64,000 bases of DNA from an uncultured Candidatus Rokubacteria bacterium (lineage in GTDB: Bacteria; Methylomirabilota; Methylomirabilia; Rokubacteriales; DASRDR01): the NCBI GenBank assembly GCA_963826115.1, contig CAWGVS010000003.1, positions 96,001-160,000 on the forward strand, read 5' to 3'. Below, in pieces: positions 28,807-38,318 of this stretch (position 1 is the stretch's first letter; each line of letters opens with the position of its first letter). The position numbers and the translations under genes were made by a program. Below the pieces are notes generated by a model, which did no database searches, was not told the DNA's origin, and worked only from the letters and a program-made list of their open reading frames with translations.

Positions 28807-29802
28807 ATGAAGAGCCGGATGCGGCTGGGCATGACGCTGCCGATCGGCGTCGGCGCGCTGGGTGACGGGAAGCCGGTGCCCTGGACCGCCTTGCGGGAGA
28901 TCGCGAAGCGCGGCGAGGAGGTCGGCTTCGACACGATCATGGCGCCGGACCACCTGCTCTTCCGCCGGTCGCCGCCGGGCGACGTGATGATGGTCGACAT
29001 GCCCGAGGGCAAGAGCCGGGGCATCTGGGAGGTGTGGTCCGTCCTGAGCGCGGTGGCCGAGGCGACCCGGCGCGTTCACCTCGGTACCCTCGTCGCCTGC
29101 ACGGGCTTCCGCAACCCCGCGCTGCTCGCGAAGATGGCCGACACGCTGGACGAGATCAGCGGGGGCCGCGTGTTGCTCGGCCTCGGGGCCGGCTGGCACA
29201 CGCCCGAGTACGAGGCCTTCGGCTATCCCTCCGATCACCGGGTGGGCCGCTTCGAGGAGGCGCTCCAGATCATTGTCCCGCTCCTCCGGCAGGGGCGGGT
29301 CGACTTCCAGGGCCAGTACTACCAGGCCCGGCAGTGCGAGCTCCTCCCGCGCGGGCCGCGCCCGAGCGGGTTGCCCATCTTCATCGGCGCCCAGGGACCG
29401 CGGATGATGCGGCTGGTGGCCCGCTACGCCGACAGCTTCGACGCGGACTACCAGACCGGGCCGCCGCCGGTCGTCGAGCGGCTCGGCCGCCTGGAGACCG
29501 CCTGCCGCGACGTCGGGCGCGATCCGGCGACGATCGGCCGCATGGCGGCCACGAGAGTGGCGCTGGCCGGCCCGGGAAGCGCGTCCGGCTTCCAGGTCGG
29601 CCCGGCGAAGGACGGCATCGCCCAGTTCGACCTCGCCGGCGTGCGGTTCCCGGCGCGCCTCGGCTCCGTCGAAGAGGTGGCCGCCCACCTCCGGGCATTC
29701 GAGGCGGTCGGCGTCGAGCACCTCACGGTCAACGTCGTCGACCCTCCCGGCGTGCGCGGCATCGAGCGCTTCGCGGCCGTGATCGAGGCGCTCCGCCGGT
29801 AG
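28807..29802 (+). CDS. LLM-class flavin/F420-dependent oxidoreductase
   Basis: PDHL, RNPALLAKMADTLDEISGGR..LGLGAGW motifs; start ATG 28807. Confidence 0.92.
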   Translation: MKSRMRLGMTLPIGVGALGDGKPVPWTALREIAKRGEEVGFDTIMAPDHLLFRRSPPGDVMMVDMPEGKSRGIWEVWSVLSAVAEATRRVHLGTLVACTGFRNPALLAKMADTLDEISGGRVLLGLGAGWHTPEYEAFGYPSDHRVGRFEEALQIIVPLLRQGRVDFQGQYYQARQCELLPRGPRPSGLPIFIGAQGPRMMRLVARYADSFDADYQTGPPPVVERLGRLETACRDVGRDPATIGRMAATRVALAGPGSASGFQVGPAKDGIAQFDLAGVRFPARLGSVEEVAAHLRAFEAVGVEHLTVNVVDPPGVRGIERFAAVIEALRR

Positions 29803-29805
29803 GCT

Positions 29806-29830
29806 CGCGCCCGCCGGGCCGGCGGGCGCG
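29806..29830. terminator. Perfect inverted repeat between convergent genes, probable bidirectional terminator
   Basis: CGCGCCCGCCGG-G-CCGGCGGGCGCG. Confidence 0.6.
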
Positions 29831-29839
29831 TCACCCCGC

Positions 29840-31300
29840 CTAGGCGCGCTCGGCCGAGAGCGAGGCGACGTAGCGGACGGCGCCGACCCGCTCGACGACC
29901 GCGCGCGAGACGAGCTCGACGTCGCCGAGCCGGCAGCGCGCCTCGTGCCGCGCGGGCGGAGCGACCGCGGGCGGCGGCCCGGCCGCGCCTCGAAGCGCCT
30001 CGGTCAGGGCCCGGCCGTCGAGCGGTGCGTCGGTCGTCACGCCAAGGAGCCGGAGGACGGTCGGCGCGACGTCGACGTTGCCCGAGGGCGTCCCGGAGAC
30101 GAGCCCCTCCCGGAAGCTCGGGCCGCTCCCGACCAGCGTGCAGCGGAGCTCCTGCGGGCTGCCGGAGCCGTGCGTGCCGAGGCCGGGCGCGCCCTCGCTG
30201 CTGTCCGCCGAGCCGGCGGCGCCCCCGGCCGGCACCGAATCCCACCGGAAGGACAGGACGATGTCGGGTGCCCGGGGCCCCGCGAGACCGACCGCCTCGG
30301 CCGGAAGCAGCCCCAGCGCGGCGCCCGCCGCGCGCCCGGCGACCAGCGCGCCCGCCCACGACTGGGCGACCAGCCAACGCGTGAAGCGCTCGAGGGCGCG
30401 CGAATCCCCGTCGCGCACGTAGAAGAGCGCGGCGCCCCCGTTCGCGGCGACGGTCACGCCGCCGGGCCGGTCGCCCGGCGGGAAGCCCGCGTCCCGCACG
30501 ACGTCCTCGAGCTGGATGCGGCGGGCGATCGTCGAGTAGCCGTGGTCGGACACCACCAGCACGTCGGGCGCAACGCCTCGCGCAGCGAGCTCCCCGAGGA
30601 TCCGGCCGAGCTCCGCGTCGGCGGCGTTGAGCGCCTCGACGGCGGGCCCTGAGCCGACGCCCGCCGCGTGCTGCGAGGTGTCCGGCTCGGGGAACCAGAT
30701 GAGCGCGGCGTCGGGATCGACCTCGGGCACGAGGTAGCCGCGGAAGACGTCGCCGGCCCGGCGGATCCGGCCGAGCTCGGGGGACCGCTTCGGCGGCCAC
30801 GGGCCGAAACGCGCCACCACGCTCGCGTGGTGCCCGCCGGGCAGCGTGAACTCGGGGTGGAGGATCGCCCCGCCGACCCGGTCGGCCCGCGGGTGCTGGA
30901 CGTACGCGTTGCCGCTCGTCCCGCCCACGACGGTCCCGAAGGTGAGCCCGTGCGGGGCCAGCAGCTCGCCGAGCGTCGGCGCGAGGAGTGCGTGGCCCGT
31001 CGCCTCGGCGACCCGGCGGAGCTCGGGCTCGAGCGCCGGGATCGCCTGGTGCGCGTCCCACTCGGGAATCACCAGCGTGTTGCCGGCGAGTCCGTGGCCG
31101 CCGGGATGCCGCCCGGTCACCATGCTGGCCGCGTTCACCCGCGTGACCGTCGGAAAGACGGCATGGTGGCGGGTGAACGTGACACCGTCCCGCGCGAGGC
31201 GGTGGATGGTGGGCGTCAGCTCGGGACCGATCTGGGACGGCTGGAGTCCGTCGAAGGCGGCGACGAGGACGCGGAGCCGGGGCCGGCGAGTCTGAGTCAT
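29840..31300 (-). CDS. Alkaline-phosphatase superfamily (nucleotide pyrophosphatase/phosphodiesterase or phosphonoacetate-hydrolase-like) protein
   Basis: FDGL, FPTVTRVNAASMVTG (Thr nucleophile), EPDTSQH, SDHG, GTHG; TATAAT at 31319-31324 on the minus strand. Confidence 0.88.
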   Translation of the reverse strand: MTQTRRPRLRVLVAAFDGLQPSQIGPELTPTIHRLARDGVTFTRHHAVFPTVTRVNAASMVTGRHPGGHGLAGNTLVIPEWDAHQAIPALEPELRRVAEATGHALLAPTLGELLAPHGLTFGTVVGGTSGNAYVQHPRADRVGGAILHPEFTLPGGHHASVVARFGPWPPKRSPELGRIRRAGDVFRGYLVPEVDPDAALIWFPEPDTSQHAAGVGSGPAVEALNAADAELGRILGELAARGVAPDVLVVSDHGYSTIARRIQLEDVVRDAGFPPGDRPGGVTVAANGGAALFYVRDGDSRALERFTRWLVAQSWAGALVAGRAAGAALGLLPAEAVGLAGPRAPDIVLSFRWDSVPAGGAAGSADSSEGAPGLGTHGSGSPQELRCTLVGSGPSFREGLVSGTPSGNVDVAPTVLRLLGVTTDAPLDGRALTEALRGAAGPPPAVAPPARHEARCRLGDVELVSRAVVERVGAVRYVASLSAERA

Positions 31301-31394
31301 GGCGGTCGGGCACCGCGATTATACGTAGCCTCGAGGCGATCCCGCGCGCGCATGGCGCCAGCATCCACCCCGGGCGAGACGGCGCCGCGGACGG

Positions 31395-31880
31395 CTAGAA
31401 GGGCTTTGTCACCATCAGCACGATCACGAGCCCGATCACCAGGAGCTCCCAGGCGTGCGCCGCGGCCACCACGGGATCGGCAAAAGCCGCCGCGAGGGCC
31501 GCCGTGACGCGGCCCTGGGCGCGCGCATCCTGGAGGGCCCGGTCGAACAGGCGCCCGCGCGGCAGGAACACCCCGACGATCAGCGGCACGAGGGTCAGGT
31601 ACAGGACCAGCGACGCGAGGAGCCAGTTCACGGTCCCGCCCTGGAGAACGCCGAGGATCGGCCAGCCCCGGAGCCACGCCGTCAGGAGGCCGAGGACGAG
31701 CACGACGACGGAGGGCACCCGCACCATGCGCTCGAAGCGCCCGGCGAGCGCCACCAGCGCGGTGACGGCGCCAATGTCGGAGGCTCGGGCGGCCTGGCGG
31801 AGCGTCATGCCGCGGCCGACCACTCCGATCGCCAGCCAGAACCCGGCGAGGACGTGGAGCAGGTTCAGGAGCGTCGCCAG
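31395..31880 (-). CDS. DUF2269-family membrane protein, probable CTG start
   Basis: The frame extends upstream as (L)ATLLNLLHVLAGFW; SD GGAGGG 8 nt before CTG 31880; C-terminal LMVTKPF signature. Confidence 0.75.
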   Translation of the reverse strand: MATLLNLLHVLAGFWLAIGVVGRGMTLRQAARASDIGAVTALVALAGRFERMVRVPSVVVLVLGLLTAWLRGWPILGVLQGGTVNWLLASLVLYLTLVPLIVGVFLPRGRLFDRALQDARAQGRVTAALAAAFADPVVAAAHAWELLVIGLVIVLMVTKPF

Positions 31881-31905
31881 CGCGCCGTCCCTCCGGGCAT
31901 GCCGC

Positions 31906-32886
31906 TCACCTGATGATCTTGTCCGCCTGGAAGAGCACCGACTGCGGGATCGTCACGCCGAGCTTCTGCGCGGTCTGCAGGTTGACCACCAGCTCGAACT
32001 TCATCGGCTGCTCGACCGGCAGGCTCGCCGGCTTCGCGCCCCTCAGGACGCGGTCCACATAGCGGGCACCGTCCCGGCCCTCGGTCCCGTAGCCGGGTCC
32101 GTAGGACATCATGCAGCCGTTCTCCGCGTAGTCCGAGCGCGCGCAGATCGACGGCAGCCGGCTCTCGACCGCCAGCTCGGCGATCCGCTTCTGGTTGGAG
32201 TTGGCCAGCGGGTTGAGCGTCACCCACAGCGCGGTGTTCCGCGCCTCGACCGCCTCCTTGAACGCCGTCTCGTAGCCGTCGGCGCTGCTCACCTCCATCG
32301 AGTACAGCTGGAGGCCGAGCTCCCGCGCGCGGAGCTGACTTTCCTGCCACTGGGGCACGGAGCCCGGCGCCTTCGGGTCCCAGAGCACCGCCACCCGGGC
32401 GAGCCCCGGCAGCGTCTCCCTGAGGAGCTCGAGGCGCTTCCCGGTCAGGACGGCCGCGATGTTCGTGATCCCCGTGATGTTCCCGCCCGGCCGCGACAGG
32501 CTCTCCACCAGCCCGGCGGTCACCGGATCCGTCACGCCCATGAACACGATGGGGATCGTCGTGGTGGCGTTCCGGGCGGCGATGGCCGCGTTGGTCGTCA
32601 CCGCGACGAGCACGTCCGGCTTCTGCGAGACCAGCTCGGTCGCGAGCTCGGGTAGCCGTTCGAACCCGCCGGTTTGATGGCGGTACTCCACGACGAGGTT
32701 CTGCCCCTCGACGTAGCCGAGCTCCCGCAGCCCTTGCCGGAAGGCCTCGAGCCGCGGCGCGTCGGCGGCCGCGGAGACCGCCGCGAGGTACCCCACGCGC
32801 CAGACCTTCCTCGGCTGGGCGGCCGCGGGAACGACGAGAGCCAGCAGGAGCGCGGACGCGCAGGCCAGGCGCAGCCGTCTACTCAT
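31906..32886 (-). CDS. ABC substrate-binding protein, COG2984 (ABC_sub_bind) type
   Basis: LRELGYVEGQN, SLSRPGGNITG, LPVEQPMKFELVVNL motifs; signal peptide. Confidence 0.92.
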   Translation of the reverse strand: MSRRLRLACASALLLALVVPAAAQPRKVWRVGYLAAVSAAADAPRLEAFRQGLRELGYVEGQNLVVEYRHQTGGFERLPELATELVSQKPDVLVAVTTNAAIAARNATTTIPIVFMGVTDPVTAGLVESLSRPGGNITGITNIAAVLTGKRLELLRETLPGLARVAVLWDPKAPGSVPQWQESQLRARELGLQLYSMEVSSADGYETAFKEAVEARNTALWVTLNPLANSNQKRIAELAVESRLPSICARSDYAENGCMMSYGPGYGTEGRDGARYVDRVLRGAKPASLPVEQPMKFELVVNLQTAQKLGVTIPQSVLFQADKIIR

Positions 32887-33028
32887 GGATGTCTCCCGCG
32901 AACGCCCGGTCTCGACCACCGCGGGCCGACGGACCGCGCGGCCCGGGCCACGACGCCCTCCGAGCCGCGAACGGGGTCACCACTTGATCGTACTTGTCCG
33001 GCGGTCCGTTGCGCCAGTCCCGCGACGC

Positions 33029-33214
33029 TCAGAACCGGACGGAGCAGCGGACGGAGACGGGCGGCGGACTGGCCGCCGCCGTGTGCCCGCCGCAGCGCTC
33101 CGGGGTCATCGACGCGCAGCCGCCCAGCCACAGCGCCACGATGACCGCGCCCAGCGTCGCGAGCGCGTCACGCCGGGGACGGGAGGGCCCGACACCCGAT
33201 GCCGTCCTGCGCAC
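33029..33214 (-). CDS. Small putative lipoprotein (61 aa)
   Basis: Arg-rich N-terminus, hydrophobic core, lipobox LGGC; TATACT 7 nt upstream of GTG 33214. Confidence 0.45.
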   Translation of the reverse strand: MRRTASGVGPSRPRRDALATLGAVIVALWLGGCASMTPERCGGHTAAASPPPVSVRCSVRF

Positions 33215-33362
33215 GAACCCGAGTATACTCGCTCGTCCCCTGACACGACATGCGCGCCGCGATGGGCTCGACCGGTAGGATGTGGATGGGAGTGATGTGG
33301 CTTGATGAGCCTCGCCTGCACACCGTGACGGCGCCGATGACCCGCGCGCGAGCGGCACACGC

Positions 33363-35171
33363 ATGACCACGGCCGAGACGCCGGGGCCGGCCACGCCGAC
33401 CGCCCGAGAGTTCGCCCGCATCCTGCGCTGGGTGGTCGGCCTCACCTGGACCACGAGCCCCACGCTCGTCCTCACCGTGCTCGGGCTGGCGCTCGCGCGC
33501 AGCACCGTGGCGGCCGGCCTCGCACTGAGCGCCCGCGGCCTCATCAACGCCGTCGTGGCGGAGAGCCATCGGAGCCCGGGACACCTGGCGCCGGTCCTCC
33601 CGTGGCTCCTCGCCGCGCTGGGCTTCGGCTTCATCGAGGTGCTGGCGCCGCTCGGCAGCACCCGGGTGATCCAGCGCCTGACCGACGCCATCCAGCTCCG
33701 GGTCAACGTGGACATTCTGCGTCACGCGTCCCGCCTGGACGCCGCCGACACCCAGGGCCCGAGCGGGCGCCATCTGCTCGAGCACGCGCGGGACGCCGCC
33801 GCGCACAAGCTCGGACAGCTGGTGAACGAGCTCCTCACGATCGTGTCGGACGGCTCGCAGACCGTCCTGCTCGCCGCCGTGCTCGTTCACATCGAGCCGG
33901 CGACGCTCGTCGTCGTCGTTCCCGGCGCGGCTGCGTATCTGTACGCGGAGTGGCGGATGACGCGCATCGCGCACGAGGCCGCCCCGATCCGTCTGCTCCG
34001 CCAGCGATGGGGCCGCTACCTCTCGGACCTCCTGACCAACGCCCGCTCCGCCGGCCACGTGCGGCTGCTCGGCCTGGCGCCGACCCTCATCGACCGCTTC
34101 CTGGGGCTCATGCGGGAGCTCGAGGAATCGGAGCAGGCCCGCCGGCGCCATCAGTTCGGGACCGGCGCGGCGTTCGGCCTCGCGACCACGCTCCTCCTCA
34201 CCGGCGTCCTGGCCTTCGTCGCGAGCCGGGTGATCGCCGGCCGGCTCACGGTCGGCGACGTCGCGGTGTTCGCGGCGGCGAGCCCCCGGCTGCGGCAGAC
34301 GGTGCACCGTCTCGTCGGGGCCGTGACCCGTTCGATGGAGGCCCTCCTGGCGGCCGATGCCATCCTCAGGTTCCTGGCGATTCCCGCGCCGCCGGTCCGA
34401 TCCGCGGCGGCGTGGTCCGCCTCGGCGAGCCCCGGCGTGGAGATCGAGGACGTCTGGTTCACCTATCCGGGCGCGACGGCGCCCGCGCTGGCGGGCGTGA
34501 GCCTGAGCGTCCCGCCGGGCGAGATGGTCGCCCTGGCCGGAGACAACGGCGCGGGCAAGACGACCCTCATGAAGCTGCTCGCCGGCCTCTACACGCCGCA
34601 GAAGGGCCGCATCCTCCTCGACGGGCGGGACCTTCGGGAGTGGCCGTTCGAGGCCCTGCGCGAGCGGCTCGTCCTGGTGTCGCCGGACAGCCCGCGGTTC
34701 GAGGCGACCGCGCGCGACAACGTCGCGTTCGGGCACTGGCCGGCGCTCGCCGACGCCCCGGAGACCGTCGAGCGCCTGGCCGCGGAGGCCGGCGTGCACC
34801 AGCGCCTGCGCGACCTGCCTCGCGGCTACGAGACGACGCTCGGCCCCGCGTTCGGCGAGCGGGACCTCTCCTCCGGCGAGTGGCAGCAGGTGGTCCTGGC
34901 GCGCGCGCTGACCCGTCCGGCCTCGCTCTGGCTCCTCGACGAGCCGACGGCGCACGTCGACCAGCGCTCGGAGCGCAACCAGCTCGACCGCCTCCGGGCT
35001 CTCGCGGCGGGCCGGACGATCCTCGTCGCGTCGCATCGGCCGGCGGTGCTCGCCCTCGCCTCGCGGATCGTGGTCCTCGAGCGCGGCCGGGTCGTCGAGT
35101 CGGGCGAGCGGGACGAGCTCCTCGTCCGCGGCGGGCGCTACGCCCGCCTGGTGGGGGCGCAGGGTTCGTGA
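33363..35171 (+). CDS. ABC exporter, fused permease/ATPase
   Basis: N-terminal TM domain; GDNGAGKT, LSSGEWQ, LLDEPT, SHR motifs. Confidence 0.9.
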   Translation: MTTAETPGPATPTAREFARILRWVVGLTWTTSPTLVLTVLGLALARSTVAAGLALSARGLINAVVAESHRSPGHLAPVLPWLLAALGFGFIEVLAPLGSTRVIQRLTDAIQLRVNVDILRHASRLDAADTQGPSGRHLLEHARDAAAHKLGQLVNELLTIVSDGSQTVLLAAVLVHIEPATLVVVVPGAAAYLYAEWRMTRIAHEAAPIRLLRQRWGRYLSDLLTNARSAGHVRLLGLAPTLIDRFLGLMRELEESEQARRRHQFGTGAAFGLATTLLLTGVLAFVASRVIAGRLTVGDVAVFAAASPRLRQTVHRLVGAVTRSMEALLAADAILRFLAIPAPPVRSAAAWSASASPGVEIEDVWFTYPGATAPALAGVSLSVPPGEMVALAGDNGAGKTTLMKLLAGLYTPQKGRILLDGRDLREWPFEALRERLVLVSPDSPRFEATARDNVAFGHWPALADAPETVERLAAEAGVHQRLRDLPRGYETTLGPAFGERDLSSGEWQQVVLARALTRPASLWLLDEPTAHVDQRSERNQLDRLRALAAGRTILVASHRPAVLALASRIVVLERGRVVESGERDELLVRGGRYARLVGAQGS

Positions 35172-35424
35172 TCGGGCGCGGGCGCCCGCGGGCGGGTCAG
35201 CCGCGGGAGACGGCCGCGTCCGACGTCAACCGACGCACCAGCTCCCCCGCCGACGCCCGATCCCGGTAGGCGACCCGGCCGAGACGCGCCTCGTAGCGCG
35301 GAATCCGCGCGGCGAGCGCCGTGCAGCGCCCCCGGAGCGCGGCCACACGCGGTCTGTGACGACGTAGAATCGCTCCGTCGACCGGGCTGGCCCGGGCGCC
35401 GCTCATCCTCGAGGGAGGGCTCGA

Positions 35425-36180
35425 ATGTCGCAGCCGAGAGTGGCCATCGTCACGGGCGCGGGCCAGGGCATCGGCGCCGGCGTCGCGAGGAGCTTCGCCG
35501 CCGCCGGCTACCGGGTGTCGCTGATGTCGCCCTCGGAGCGCAGCGTGAACCTGGCCCGCGAGCTGGGCGGCATCGGGCGCCAGGGCTCGGTCCTGGACCC
35601 CGGAGACCTCGCGGCGCTCGTCGATGGCACGCGGGCCGCCTTCGGGCGGATCGACGCGGTGGTGAACAACATGGGCCACGGCAGCGGCACGCCCCCCAGC
35701 GTCACCACGAGCACCGTGTTCGACCCGGACGGCTTTACGGATCCCCTCGCCTTCCCCGACGACACGTGGCACGAGGCGCTCGACATGTACGTGCTGACCG
35801 CGGTGCGCATGGCCCGGGCGGTGACGCCGCTCATGGTGGCCCAGGGCGGCGGCGCGATCGTCAACATCTCCTCGATGAACGCGACCGAGCCGCGGCCGGG
35901 CTACTCGCAGATGAGCGTCCTGCGCGCGTCGCTCCACGGGTTCACGAAGCTCTTCGCCGACAAGTACGCGCGCCACAACGTCCGCATGAACAACGTCATG
36001 CCCGGCTACTGCGAGAACGTGACGATGTCGGACGGCGCCCTCCGCAGCATCCCGATGGGCCGGACTGCCCGCTTCGACGAGATCGGCCAGGCGTGCGTGT
36101 TCCTGGCGTCCGAGGCGTCCAGCTACGTGACCGGGCAGAACCTCCTCGTCGACGGCGGCGTCAACCGGGCCGTGCGCTGA
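35425..36180 (+). CDS. SDR-family oxidoreductase
   Basis: TGAGQGIG, NISS, VTGQNLLVDGG; atypical catalytic motif (SxxxR instead of YxxxK); SD GGAGGG. Confidence 0.88.
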   Translation: MSQPRVAIVTGAGQGIGAGVARSFAAAGYRVSLMSPSERSVNLARELGGIGRQGSVLDPGDLAALVDGTRAAFGRIDAVVNNMGHGSGTPPSVTTSTVFDPDGFTDPLAFPDDTWHEALDMYVLTAVRMARAVTPLMVAQGGGAIVNISSMNATEPRPGYSQMSVLRASLHGFTKLFADKYARHNVRMNNVMPGYCENVTMSDGALRSIPMGRTARFDEIGQACVFLASEASSYVTGQNLLVDGGVNRAVR

Positions 36181-36181
36181 C

Positions 36182-37249
36182 ATGACCGCGCGGCTCCGCG
36201 TCGGCGTCCTGGGATTGAGCCACGACCACGTCTGGAGCAACCTCGCCGCCCTCGCCGCCGGCGATCTCGGCCGCCTGGTGGCCGCGGCCGACCCGGCCCC
36301 GAGGCTCCGGGACCGCCTCGCGCGGGAGCACGGCGGCGTGGAGCCCCACGACTCGTACGAGGCCCTCCTCGACCGTCAGGACCTGGACGCGGTGCTCGTC
36401 TTCGCCGACAACCGCGGATCCGCAGAGCTCGGCGTGCGGGCGCTCGCGCGCGGGCTGCCCGTGATGGTCGAGAAGCCGATGGCCGCGGATCTCGCGGGCG
36501 CGGAGGCCCTCCTGGCCACCGCGCGCGCGACGGGGCTCCCACTCATGGTCAACTGGCCGAGCGCCTGGCGGCCCGCCATCCGCCACGGGCTCGACCTCGC
36601 GCGGTCGGGGCGCGTCGGCGACCCGGTCCAGCTGAGCCACCGCGGCGGTCACGCCGGGCCACGGGAGTTCGGCTGCTCGCCGGAGTTCTCCGCGTGGCTC
36701 TACGACCCGGCGCGGAACGGCGGCGGCGCCCTCGTCGACTACTGTGGCTACGGCGCGGTCCTCGCGCGCGTCCTCCTGGGGCAGCCCTCCGCCGTGACCG
36801 CGGTCAGTGCCCGCCTTCGGAAGCCGGACCTGCCCGCCGAGGATTCCGCCGTGGTGGTCCTCCGCTACCCCCGGGCGCTCGCGCTTCTCGAGGCGAGCTG
36901 GAACCAGATCGGCGCTCAGCCGGCCTTCGGCATGATCGTCTACGGCGACGCGGGGACGCTGATCGTCCACCAGCCCCGGCCGACCCGCGACGGCCAGACG
37001 GTCGGGCCCGGGCGGATCGAGCTCGTGTCGGCCGGCGGGAGCGAGACCATCGAGCCGCCGGCGCTTCCGGCCACGGGGCGCGACGGCCCGACCTACTTCC
37101 TGACCTGCCTCCGCGAGGGTCGCCGGGTCGAGGGTTTGTGCGCACCCGACGTGGGGCGCGACGTCCAGGAAGTGCTGGAGGCCGCACTTCAGGCGAGCGC
37201 CACGGGGCGGGTCGTGCCCTTGCCACTCGGCCTGTCCGGCCGGCCATGA
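36182..37249 (+). CDS. Gfo/Idh/MocA-family oxidoreductase
   Basis: LRVGVLGLSHDH, VEKP, GGGALVDYCGY motifs. Confidence 0.9.
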   Translation: MTARLRVGVLGLSHDHVWSNLAALAAGDLGRLVAAADPAPRLRDRLAREHGGVEPHDSYEALLDRQDLDAVLVFADNRGSAELGVRALARGLPVMVEKPMAADLAGAEALLATARATGLPLMVNWPSAWRPAIRHGLDLARSGRVGDPVQLSHRGGHAGPREFGCSPEFSAWLYDPARNGGGALVDYCGYGAVLARVLLGQPSAVTAVSARLRKPDLPAEDSAVVVLRYPRALALLEASWNQIGAQPAFGMIVYGDAGTLIVHQPRPTRDGQTVGPGRIELVSAGGSETIEPPALPATGRDGPTYFLTCLREGRRVEGLCAPDVGRDVQEVLEAALQASATGRVVPLPLGLSGRP

Positions 37250-37483
37250 CGTCTCGCCGCCATCGAGGGCGTCACCGCCGTCAGCCGCTCGAGGCCGCGC
37301 GTGCGTAGCGAATCACGCCGGGGTTGCGTGCCGCCGCGCCCGGTTGCCATCGCACCCTAGCCCCAACTTCGTCCGCTCGGTCGCCCTCATGCGGGTACGA
37401 TAGCTGGAGCGATTCGTGCCACTGGCGAAGACGCACTGTTGGCGCGAAGCGGTCCGGCGGATGCTCCGGAAGGAGAAGACATC

Positions 37484-38146
37484 GTGCGACGACATGGCAT
37501 GATCTTCGTCATCGGCGCGGTCATGGTCTTCGGGACGGTCGGTGTGGCGCTCGCGCAAGGGGGTGGCAACCCGACGCTGGACCCGGTCTCGGGCGCCAAT
37601 CTCTTCCGGACGAAAGGGTGCGTCGCCTGCCACGCGATCAATGGCGCTGGCGGCACGCGGGGCCCCGATCTCGGGCGACTCCCGAGTCCCGGATCGTTCT
37701 ATGCTTTCGCCGCAAGGATGTGGAACCATCTTCCGCCCATGTCCCAGCAGATCTGGGCTTCGGAGACCAACCGACCCTATCTCACCGCCAACGAGATGAG
37801 CGACCTCGTGGCGTTTCTCGAGACATCCGGTGTTCCCGGTCCACCCGGCGCCGTCGACCTGGGAACGCGGCTGCTCCGCGCGCCCGGCGACGCCCAGCGC
37901 GGCCGACAGTTGCTCGCGGACAAGGGGTGTCTCGTCTGCCACTCGCTCTCGGTCGACGACGGCCGCCGGACAGCCGGAGGCAGCCTCGACCGGCCGGTCG
38001 GCTTTGACACCCCTTGGATTGTGGTGTCGACGATGTGGAACCACACGTTTCTGATGGAGCTCGAGGCGAGGAAGCAGGGTCGCGCGTGGCCGCGGCTGAG
38101 CGCCGACGAGATGGCGGACGTGGCGGCGTTTCTGACTCATCGGTAG
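37484..38146 (+). CDS. Periplasmic di-heme c-type cytochrome with two internal repeats
   Basis: Signal peptide; KGCVACH and KGCLVCH; each repeat has MWNH and EMxDxxAFL; SD AGGAGA before GTG. Confidence 0.85.
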   Translation: MRRHGMIFVIGAVMVFGTVGVALAQGGGNPTLDPVSGANLFRTKGCVACHAINGAGGTRGPDLGRLPSPGSFYAFAARMWNHLPPMSQQIWASETNRPYLTANEMSDLVAFLETSGVPGPPGAVDLGTRLLRAPGDAQRGRQLLADKGCLVCHSLSVDDGRRTAGGSLDRPVGFDTPWIVVSTMWNHTFLMELEARKQGRAWPRLSADEMADVAAFLTHR

Positions 38147-38318
38147 CCGGCAGCGGCTCATGCCGCTCGGCGCAGCCCATCGAGTCGCCTTTCCGCACGC
38201 GCACACGATTGCGCCGGGTGCGCGCCACGATGGCCGACCCTGACAGGAGCCCGATCACCCGGCCGAGGGTGACGGCGGATTCTCCAGCTCGTCGCCTTCG
38301 ATCGAGAGACCCGTCGTC

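Noticed and set aside
35197-35350. Possible gene remnant (ALAARIPRYEARLGR...) downstream of the ABC exporter
   Set aside because: Too short to assign by eye
37408-37421. Minus-strand TGGCAC-GAA-TCGCT as a sigma54 site
   Set aside because: GG-GC spacing is 2 nt short and it points away from the cytochrome gene
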